Shown piece after piece: positions 1-9,149 of a stretch of 13,495 nucleotides of DNA. Position 1 is the first letter of the stretch. The number at the start of each line of letters is the position of its first letter. The notes under the pieces are model-generated. The model was not told the origin of the DNA. It ran no database searches and was given only the letters and a program-made list of their open reading frames with translations. Location of the stretch: the NCBI GenBank assembly GCA_043228905.1, contig JBHGNT010000947.1, forward strand, positions 1 to 13,495, given 5' to 3'. The stretch comes from Azolla caroliniana (lineage: Eukaryota > Plantae > Polypodiophyta). Position numbers and translations under genes: made by a program.

Positions 1-399
1 AAATAATGGTTTTCCCAACAAAGAATGTATTGTTTTGTCACCATTCATGTGTTTCGAACAATTGTATTCCATCATTTCAGTTGAGCTCGCATTTTTATTC
101 ATACTTTCATGACTCTCATGCCTACTCTTGATTCAAAATGTGCATGGTGTTAAAGATGAGTTTTGGGATCTTGGTTATCACTCGAAGGGTGAGAATTCGA
201 AGGGCTTGTCAAAAGTCAAAGTGGCCTAGGCCCAAGAGTAACATAATTCGATGTATAGTAGAAGTTGGAGTCAAAGACTTCCATGTGTCACTCTAGTTTC
301 TTTTCAACCAATCACAACGACCAATTTGTGAACCCATGACTTTCTCTATTATGTAATTTTAATGATAATGTGTATCACTAGTCATTAAGATAAAATTGT

Positions 400-1210
400 A
401 AATTCAAAAGAAGCAATTAAATGAAAAACTCAAATAAGAGGGAAAATTCCTACAGACAAGGGAGAGGAAAAGCGAAAAGAACAAGAAGGCCTTTGTTTAT
501 TACTAGCAAATGCATATGTATGCCCTACTCAATAAAGCTTAAAACCAAAAAGATGAGGCCAAAAAGATGGATGAAGCTTGGGTAGATGTGCAATGTAATC
601 AATGTTAAATCTTGGGCCACAAAAGGAAGCACAATGCCCCCCCCAACTTGCACCATATTTCAATTTTACAACTAATTTACCAATCATTATCAATATAGCA
701 CAAGAAGTCAAGCGAATGGCAATGCACTTGATAAGGTCCCAATGGGTCAGGGATGAGGATGGATAGGAGGCCAAGGAGTTAGTAGAAGGGACCACTTTGC
801 TTCTAATACAAGAAGCCAAAACAGTAGGAACAAAAAATGTGCTTAGTCTTGGCACAAAGCAAAAATTAGAGCAAACCAAGGGAAATCTCAACAAGATACA
901 AATTTGCAAACCATCACCTTTGGAGATTTAGAGGAAGAGTCACTCCGTACGACAATACCAAGAGCTCAAACAAAAGAACAAGTGGTGAATGGAAAAATGA
1001 ATTGTGTCAATTGAGATAGACTATGAAACACGTGAAACAACACAAAGTGTTGTGAAAAGACTAGCAACAAATAGAAAAGAAGGGGAAATGAACCTACAAA
1101 AGGGATTGGAAAATATAAGGATGGAAGAATCAATGGAAGAAGTAAACTTTGCGGAGATTATTAATTAATTTGATGGAGGATTTACTAGAGAGTATCCTTG
1201 GAGCACTTTT
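400..1210 (+). pseudogene. gag: Degenerate LTR-retrotransposon gag-like remnant with CCHC zinc knuckle(s), probably Ty3/gypsy
   Basis: 594-640 translates as CNQC*ILGH..(frameshift)..CP, a CX2CX4HX4C knuckle. A decayed second knuckle-like stretch follows (CTIFQFYN*FTNHYQY), then a G/R-rich tract and TTIPRAQTK at ~950-974. Multiple stops; boundaries approximate. Confidence 0.5.
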
Positions 1211-1305
1211 ACCTTATCTTCATCGGAAGGTATGCACTTATATGTTACTATGGAGCAATGGGTAATATGTACAAGTACTTGTTTATTTAAAATAATACTA
1301 TCGTA

Positions 1306-1383
1306 TAAGCCTCCTTGTACAATCTTTTTGTAATAATCCGTCCTAACTAATGGGAAAGTAGCTTCATTTTGAAAAAAAAGAAA
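1306..1383 (+). mobile_element. LINE insertion A: ultra-short 3' tail only, with poly(A) and TSD
   Basis: Ends CCTAACTAATGGGAAAGTAGCTTCATTTTG followed by an A-run (1372-1379). Flanked by ACTATCGTA at 1297-1305 and 1384-1392, extendable to 15/17 (1289-1305 vs 1376-1392). Aligns with the reverse complement of 1861-1930. Confidence 0.8.
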
Positions 1384-1845
1384 ACTATCGTAGTATGATG
1401 TATTTCCTTCCGTTGTACTATATCTCAACAAAGGATTTGACCTCATATGTTGCTTTCAAAGTAATGAGTAGTATATGTGGCAAAGGGAAATTGTTTAGAA
1501 CTATATTTCCAGCTATAAACAAATAATCAAGAAATATCGTATATATCTTTGATGAAATCTACAAGTTTGTTTATGGTCCCAACAGGTATGCTTGATAAGG
1601 TTCACGAATATGTGGACAATAGATGATGTAAAAGAAATTACAAGCTTAATGTAGAATCTACTTATTATAAGGGGTATACTTGCTATTTTACAATAAAACA
1701 TAATGTTTATATCCTAGAGGAGGCACCCCAAATTGAATAAGATTGTTTCAAGTCGTCTTTATCCCTTCAAAATGAGTATGTTATCCTCTTATATGTGAAC
1801 TTCCCAACATTAACATGCTCCAATTGAATTCTCCGATCGCAAGAA

Positions 1846-2347
1846 ATTTTTATTTTTATTTTTTCCAAAATGAAGCTACGTTCCCATTAGTTAGGTAGTA
1901 TTATACAAAGAGACTATAAAAGGAGGCTTAAACATAGATCGGGGAATCTCCCTCCGATCAAGTTCAAGAAATTGAGACTAGTTACAAACGTTGAAAAGAT
2001 CCACTTGCAAAAGCTATCCTAGAATTCTTTCCCCAGAATGTAGTCAAAACAACTCCAAATTATCGTTAAAGTTTTACTCAAACATCCCCTTCAAAAAGGT
2101 TGCTCGCTAAAAAGATTTTCCCTCCAAAATTTCTCCCAAAATATGAACCTTTTTTATAACTATTTTATAGACTAGAACCAAGAGATTATGCTCACAAAGA
2201 TGTTCAAGTTGAAATCTGGTTCGATCAAGTCCATACCTATACTTCAACATGTTTTAATCAAAAGAGAAAAATATTAGATCTCTCAAAATGAAAAAAACAA
2301 TTCATTTTGTGCAACATCGACCAACTAACATGTGCTACACTCACATG
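1846..2347 (-). mobile_element. LINE insertion B: 3'UTR and tail, probably continuing at 3404-~3620 beyond nested element C
   Basis: T-rich tract ~1847-1864, then CCAAAATGAAGCTACGTTCCCATTAGTTAGG (reverse complement of the tail motif). 1937-1980 matches 8296-8338. Blocks in 2048-2160 match 11913-12032 (AACAACTCCAAA, ACTCA.ACA.CCC, TTCTCCCAA, TTTTATAAC). No convincing TSD; extent beyond ~2160 is inferred. Confidence 0.65.
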
Positions 2348-2362
2348 AACACCACCCATGGA

Positions 2363-3257
2363 CTATTTGAATTGTGGGTCTATGAGAATAAGCCCATTGA
2401 TCACCTTTTATGGGATCCTGGTGAGTGGAAATGACAAATCATATCAATGCAAGGAATGCTCGGTAAGCAAATCCCATTTTTTAGTAATCGGTAAAAATGG
2501 GTAGAGAATTGCTAAGAAGGGGTGTGGTTGTTATGCCAGCAACTTGAAAATTTTGGATATCTGGTAATGTACCAGACTCTTGGTTGGATGCTTATTGGAA
2601 ATGGCTATGGTCCATACAAATTCCTAAAAAAGTTGTATTGTTTAGATGGTTGTTGGTACATTATGGCATTCCTGTGAAGTCATGGATGTGGGGGCATTGC
2701 CATGATTTAAAATGTGATAGTTGTGGTTTTCCCATTGAATCGGTTCATCATATTTTATGGGTATGTCCTATTACTAGAGCAATCTGGAAAAGAATGTTGA
2801 GAATTTTGGATTATATTTATCGTAAACAAGTGCACACATGGGTTTTGTGAGACGGGGAAGGTTGGCTGAAGAATTACAGAATTATGAAAAGGAGTATATT
2901 GATTGCCTTCTCCTCTCTGATGGAAGACATCAACAATCCGGTGTTTGGAAGAGGACAAGGTTTGGCCTATGATATCTTCTTTAGTAGTTTGGGTATTGTG
3001 GAAGGCAATGCAAATGTGTATTTCAAAAAGTCAAACAAAATGTGGTTGAGTTAGTCAAGGAGATATAGTCAATGCTCTTACATACTCTAAGAGGTCAATA
3101 TGAGGCAATAACTGGTCAGCCTGATGTTGTGTTTCGTAAGTAACAACATTTTCGAGAAATTTGGAAAAAGGCAGAGGTCTTCACCTCTTTTGGGGAGAGA
3201 ATAAAGTGGAGATATGCTTCACCAAGATGGCTTTTCCCGCCCTCTGTCTTGGAATGA
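2363..3257 (+). pseudogene. LINE ORF2 C-terminal pseudogene with zf-RVT (zinc-binding region of plant LINE reverse transcriptases)
   Basis: ORF 2584-2850 reads WKWLWSIQIPKKVVLFRWLLVHYGIPV...CDSCGFPIESVHHILWVCPITRAIW, the typical zf-RVT pattern (W..LW...P.KV..F.W; C..C....ES..H....C.....W). Upstream is LLWDPGEWK*. Downstream, through stops and frameshifts, are VWPMISSLVVWVLWKA/CKCVFQ and IKWRYASPRWLFPPSVLE*. Confidence 0.9.
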
Positions 3258-3388
3258 CCATGCTTGCTGCCTTTTGCTCTTCGACATGTTGGTTGATGTG
3301 GGTATGAGGGTTATATTTTACTATGAGTTCTTTGTAGTCTTTGGGCATCTTTCCCTTAATACCAACGTGAATCCTCTTCTTTTCTCTA
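2363..3388 (+). mobile_element. LINE insertion C: 5'-truncated L1-like element of 1026 bp with a perfect 15 bp TSD
   Basis: AACACCACCCATGGA at 2348-2362 and 3389-3403 brackets a decayed ORF2 C-terminus plus a ~130 bp 3'UTR. Almost no poly(A) remains. Confidence 0.9.
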
Positions 3389-3680
3389 AACACCACCCAT
3401 GGATAAAAGCAAACATATGGACATTGTGTTTACCATTAATCCAACCAATAGGCCCCCAATTCTGGATGAACAATCCCCAATACCGAGACTACATATCAAC
3501 GGCTTCAATGTTCCTGGCATCCTCATCATTTGTTGCTCTGACATTTAAACCCATCCAAGTTCTCTAAAATGAAAACTTGAAACGCATCACCTCAAAACAA
3601 ATAGGGAACCATATCTATCTCTCACTTTATGGTCCTCATGAGGTGTTTTGCAAGATAAAAATGGAATTTCCTCACACTAT

Positions 3681-3874
3681 TGCCTCTTCTCTTAGCATGA
3701 AGCTATTCTTATCTTAGCATGGGCACCCGATTTGACCAAAAGTATATGCTTTCTCCTCATCGTTACTAATTGTAGATTAATCTTGTTCCCTTCTACTCAT
3801 CGTATATGCCTCTTCTCTTAGCATGAAGCTATTCTTATCTTAGCATGGGCATCCGATTTGACCAAATGTATATG
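3681..3874 (+). repeat. 68 bp direct repeat, two copies, 126 bp period
   Basis: 3681-3748 and 3807-3874 (TGCCTCTTCTCTTAGCATGAAGC...GTATATG) differ at only 2 positions. Confidence 0.95.
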
Positions 3875-3980
3875 TCTTCATGAGTTATGTGTTGTGTTTT
3901 GTAAGGCAGGGCTTAACATTGTCCTCCATCATTTCCTTCTAGGGACTCAGTTCTCCTATCCCAAGCCTTGGTCAACATAT

Positions 3981-4760
3981 CCATATTGGAATTAGGAGTT
4001 TCTTGTGTTTGTTGATGTGTTAAATATAGCCATCAACAAAGTGCTCATGCAAATGGACTATAAGCCTAAATCATATAAACCATTGTTCTATGCCAACCGT
4101 CCACTCACCAAGGTTGAAACGAACTATTCCACAATAGCACTCAACATTATCTATAGTGCCATGACTAAGTTCTATCTACTTGTTGGGCCACGACTTCACA
4201 TTCCACATTGAACATTTCCCTCTCATCTAGCTTGTCACCAACACAACAAGTTGGCTTGGTGGATTCTCATACTCTAGGAGTTTGATATTGCAATTTGCAA
4301 ATGCCCAACATGTGATAGTTAACTACCTCTCACGACAAGTAAAAAATGCATAACAAAGAAGTCAATGACAACTTCCCATATATTTCCATCCTCTTCAAAA
4401 TGGCCACATTTCTCGCAACAAATTAACTCCTATCCCTGGAGCTCATCAAGGATGAGGACAAACTCTTAACTATTTATTGTCATGGCTTTTTCTTGCTCAT
4501 TGACATCTTGTACCACAAAAGCCCATGAGAAGAATCACATACTAGAATAGGTTCATTGGCATCCTATTTGTAATTAGTAAGTTGGCTATAATATGGCATG
4601 TAAGGTATCTAGCAAAGCAGCCTATGATGGCCTACAACACCGAAGTATGCACATTCATTCTGCAAAAAGATACGACAAATACGAGTGATTAGGTTAACCC
4701 ACAATCTTGTCATATATGCCTCATTGACCATTCTCCAAATTGAACCCTTTTGTGATTGGT
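3981..4760 (+). pseudogene. pol: Degenerate Ty3/gypsy pol remnant (RNase H through integrase zinc-binding region)
   Basis: Collinear motifs across stops and frameshifts: PYWN*EFLVFVDVLNIAINKVLMQ, PLFYANRPLTKVETNYST, YLLGHDFTFHIEH, LAWWILIL*EFDI, HVIVNYLSR, L*WPTTPKYAHSFCK, ILQIEPFCDW. RNase H before integrase is the Ty3/gypsy order. Confidence 0.85.
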
Positions 4761-7700
4761 CGCACTATTATTTCTCAACAAAGACCAACGCCATAACTTG
4801 TCATGTACCAAACACTTACAACAACAACAAAAGGCTTTCTTTGAGACTCACCATGCACCTCATTAACATTAGTTTTGGAACAACATTGTGTTCCTAGTGT
4901 TTTAGACTACATTCAACTAGATAATTAATTGGGTTGAACTCCTTGGAGTTAGGGCATATTGTGGCTCATGATTTCCTTGGGTATAGGTGAACCCGACTTG
5001 TTCATAGTCTCTTTCAAGTATAGTATTTCTATTTAGGCCCACATACCTTGATTACAAGCTAAATAGGAAACAACATCCATTAAAATTAAAGAATCTTTTT
5101 AAAAGAAAATGAAGATATCATTTTGCCACAATATATTTTTTGTTGCAAACCTAACTCCCAACGACCTATTGAGCATATGTTGATAAAGTTCATGTCATGC
5201 TTTTAGCATCAGTAGTATTGACATGTTGCATTGGATGAAGGCAAGAACCTTGCACAATATCACGCCATTGCCATCTTCCAAATAGGAAAGCCAAATCCAT
5301 CAAAAATGGATGTACACTCCTTTGACCTCTTGGATATCCACTGACCAATACAACATTAGACAATGGTGTTGTCATGAATATTCTAATTTTTTGTGAAGAA
5401 TGATACAAGGTAATTAGATTAGAATATTAAGCATGAAGAATGTCACCATTGCTTTGATGAACAAGATATCATGACTATTGGCATATGTCACTCCTTTGCG
5501 TCTACAAATAAAATTTTATTTTAGGGAATGACTCCTAATTTCCTTATTAGAAAGAAAATGTATGGAAATATATAGCGATTAATGTTGCGGCTCCATTGCT
5601 CTTTTGGGGGATGTCACTCCATTGCTTTCACATGACTTTCACGTGTAGTCATGGAACACCTAAAAGAATTTCATTATTTTCTTTTTTGTAAGAATGCATT
5701 GTGCTCACAATCCTTTAGTGCTTTCAAGGATAAGCAAAGGGCAAACTAATCAATGCTATTGAGATATGGTTATAGCCAAAATTCATTAAGCATACCCAAG
5801 AAAGTGTGTTTCATGCATGCTACAACTTTTCTCTCTTAGAGGTCTAAACTCGAGGTTAGTTATTAGAATTTCCATAGCTTATAAAATTTATTCATCCATT
5901 TGCACATACTTTTTGTTGCTACCTAAGCTAGACCATGTATCAAGTCAACCGACCAATCTTTTGTAGGTATGTTGATCCATTGTACATATGTAGCTTCCTA
6001 TTTATCAAATGGCGTCGCAATGTAGATATAACGAAGAGACAGTTGGGAGATCGTTTGGTTGTTCATCAAATTAGAATGGGGTTTCGTTGAGGCCTTCAAG
6101 AAGACCCTAGTCACCATTTTAAAAGAACAACATGTTCAAGAGTTAGATATGAAGCATTATGACAACATTTTGACTCCACAATGTTCCATTAATCTGAATA
6201 TTATGCTTTTGTGCACTCCTTTGCAACCACAACCTATCATTATTGTTATTGTGGTGGTTTCACATTGTGTGCCAATGCAACAAAACGGCATGTAACATTC
6301 AAAAGAAGTAGAGGCAAGTGCTAGGTAGTATGAGCTAACGGTGAAGTAGTTGAACATGTGACCATCGTAGTCCTCTCCACTTGGTATGCTCCCCTTGGGT
6401 ACTCTAATATTATGGTGGTGTATAAGTATTATCGGAGTATCGAGATCAAACGGGCAATGCCGACCGGACATAATACTCTTATCTAAACTAAAAAGCGTAA
6501 ACCCAAGAGGGGTTGATGAAGTATTGACATTATATACAGTTATTTCTTTATTCAAAACACTGCCATGGAACATTGTGATTATTTCAAGTATTGCATAGTT
6601 AATACAAATGAGGAAAAAGATTATCCATGTTTGAGATACAAAGTTATCAAATGTTCATACTCAATGACCAAAAGTTCTTACTTTGACTTTAAAACAAATT
6701 CTTTGAAATTTTGTTATCAATCAACACAGTGGAAAACTCTATTGAATATCACTTCTACATGATCAAGTTTTATCCATAAACAAAGATAACATTTACTGAG
6801 AAATAAAATTTGTAGGGAGAATAATTGTTGTGTTTCAAGTCTATATGGTAAAATTATCTACAGACCGAGTTGTCAAATTATTGACTAATAATTGCTTCAT
6901 CATAAATCACATTCATGATGTTGCTTTATCATTAATTGCATTCATGTTGTTGGTTTGTATTTCTTTTAGAGGCATGAAGCCTTCAAGATGCAAATACAAT
7001 GAATCAAAGAGGCATTTTGTATAAAATCATGACAATATTAATATCTTTATTTTCATAGGATACCAATTGTTCATATGTTTTAATTGTGTGGTGAAATTGG
7101 TCTTGCATTCCTCAGTTCTTGTCGGTTGTTCATTCTCTTCGGTCCTTTCTAGGCTTTTGATGTAATGACTTACATGCTCTAATAATTTCTCTCCTCTCCC
7201 TTACAAACCCATAGGGTAGGGCAATCATGTGAACATTCTATTGTTATTAAATGAATCCATCATTTATATTTCACAATTATTCTCTCTTTATAGAAATTTT
7301 CAATTTTCTTTAATATATGACCTTCAACACATAGGATTTTCCTAATATGTGTTCTTTATAAATATCCAATTTTGATGTCTTATATATTGTTATTAGTTAA
7401 GCATTAAACTTTCCCTTCAAGGTCTAGAGTCCTTCCTTCTCCCTCTTTCATTGGCAATGCAATGTCATTTTTTTCATCTCCTTTTTTCTCCCTTGGGATA
7501 GGCTTGTGAATCATAGTTTTGTATCACGAGAAAAAGAACTTTAGATTATACCAATTGAGTTATAGTCGTCCGCAAAGAAAATCTTACACTACACCATAGC
7601 CAATATTAACTCCCAAATCTACAACTTTCCATGCACCTCCTAGAGTGTGTTGGTTTGAAAGACATTGTGTGGAAAAGTAAAATTGAACCTACTACTATTA

Positions 7701-7838
7701 GTGTCACTGAAATAGATATACCTCATTTATTAAAATGAGACCATTGCGTAAAATAATTTAGTTTTTTTTTCCAAAAAAGGAGTTACTTTCCCATTAGTTA
7801 GAAGAGATTTTTACAAAAAGACTATAAGGGGATGGCTT

Positions 7839-8294
7839 TGGTGATAAAAGCACAAGAGGTTTTTTCTCCACCATCGACAATGTCCACTCAACTCCTATCA
7901 ATGCCAAATCTCAAGTTGTGTTGGAATTGGTCAGCCCAATAACTCTTTAGACTCTATGGAAACAACAGTGTCGACTGGTCTTCTCCAACCAAACCGCGCA
8001 GCCAACAATGTTAATGCAAGAGATATGGAGTGAAGTTGTAGCCACTCTAAAAAGCCAATATGATGGCCTCAAGGGCGACTCCAATGGAGTTGAAAGATAA
8101 AGATTAGCCTTCATCCAGCAATGGTGGACCACCCCCTTTATTGAGTCTGTGGGCATCCACATAAGGTGGACCTATCACGTCCCTCCAGGGATTTGTATAT
8201 ATTAATCTCATATGTAAATTTCTATAACTAATGGAAGGAGTTTTATTTGGAATATATGTGTGTGTATGTGTGTGTGTGTGTATATATATATATA
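7839..8294 (+). mobile_element. LINE insertion E: ORF2 C-terminal fragment plus tail, nested antisense in D
   Basis: A single frame (7918-8190 shown) with two stops: VLELVSPITL*TLWKQQCRLVFSNQTAQPTMLMQEIWSEVVATLKSQYDGLKGDSNGVER*RLAFIQQWWTTPFIESVGIHIRWTYHVPPG, homologous to the C-terminus of C. Tail motif TAACTAATGGAAGGAGTTTTATTTGGAA at 8225-8252. Confidence 0.8.
8252..8294 (+). repeat. Compound (TG)n/(TA)n microsatellite
   Basis: ATATATGTGTGTGTATGTGTGTGTGTGTGTATATATATATATA is directly visible. Confidence 0.95.
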
Positions 8295-8589
8295 AGTTGG
8301 GGAATCACCCCCAGCCGAGTTCAAGAATATGTGACTACATACATATCCTCTCTTACTTTCTACTTAATGTAAGTAGGTATCTAGAGCTATAAACTAGTGA
8401 CAATCATCATTGGTCAACACGAGCCCGATCCTCTGGCCTTCAACGATGGGAGGGTGGAAGGTGAGTAGGAAACAACCAACGTGGGGGTTGGTAGTTCCAC
8501 CTCAGGTAGAAAAAAATAATTAGTATTTGCACTAGAGATAATGTTACTCATGTCTTGCTATGTTCATTAATTAAAATCTTCAACAATTA

Positions 8590-8822
8590 TACCCATGAAT
8601 CCACATATGGAGATTAGTAAACCTGGAATATGGCAATTGGTAAGTAGTATCACAATTTGGTATATTTGGAAGGTCGTGTGCTTTAAGGTATTCCAAAATG
8701 TGCTCAGATAATTAATGGGATTTGGACAAAGATTATGCATAATCTGGACAACGTAAATTATTCTAATCTCATAACCCTTAGAGCCTTTCTTAATATTAAT
8801 ATAGTATCTTTTCTTGAAAAAA
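8590..8822 (+). mobile_element. LINE insertion F: short, apparently internally deleted, with poly(A) and TSD
   Basis: 8601-8711 encodes PHMEISKPGIWQLVSSITIWYIWKVVCFKVFQNVLR*, homologous to C 2960-3026. A-run at 8817-8826. TSD AAAATCTTCAA(C)AATTA at 8573-8589 and 8823-8838. Confidence 0.75.
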
Positions 8823-9149
8823 AAAATCTTCAAAATTAGCACATAAGAAAACATTAACGACGATTAGTTGTCATGTATTAACGTTTAACAACATTTTAAA
8901 CTAGAGGTATAGAAAACATATTGTCATGATTCCCTCATTGACTATATACCATAGTTTACAAAAAATATAACTTTCCCCAATTGCAATCTGAAAAATATAA
9001 GAAAAGTAATCATGGTTTAAAGGGAATCTCATGTGAGAATTTTCAACGATCGCAAAACGTCACCATTTCAATATAATATAACGTTATTTAAATCTGCATC
9101 ATTAATCTCATCACTAAAATGTGATATGATGGTTATTATGATGCATATC

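Larger units (their letters stand above)
7762..8512 (-). mobile_element. LINE insertion D: 5'-truncated, interrupted by element E at ~7839-8290
   Basis: Poly(T) at 7762-7770 and tail motif TTCCCATTAGTTAG at ~7788-7801. Homology to B stops at GGCTT (7834-7838) and resumes at ~8291-8338. Minus strand 8505-8440 encodes LRWNYQPPRWLFPTHLPPSHR*. Candidate TSD AAAATAAT(T)TAGT at 7750-7762 and 8513-8524 (one indel, AT-rich). Confidence 0.8.

Noticed and set aside
529-909. 126 aa minus-strand ORF
   Set aside because: No recognisable motif. It is the antisense shadow of the plus-strand gag-like remnant.
1831-1973. CTCCGATC..CAAGAAATT at 1831-1848 and 1952-1973 as a TSD for B
   Set aside because: It needs a multi-base indel, and the second copy lies inside sequence shared with element D, so it is element-internal. 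The resemblance remains unexplained.
3214-3567. 117 aa plus-strand ORF
   Set aside because: It runs across the 3' junction and TSD of LINE C into unrelated flank, so it is a chance chimeric frame.
3681-3874. Repeat-spacer-repeat as a CRISPR array
   Set aside because: Only two units, the 68 bp repeat is too long, there are no cas genes, and the context is eukaryotic TE sequence.
7326-7353. Small hairpin AACACATAGGATTTTCCTAATATGTGTT
   Set aside because: Short, AT-rich and isolated, so expected by chance. No Helitron-like CTRR terminus follows it.
7769-8252. MITE defined by inverted termini
   Set aside because: The termini are LINE 3' tails of two separate elements (D and E), and D continues beyond 8290.
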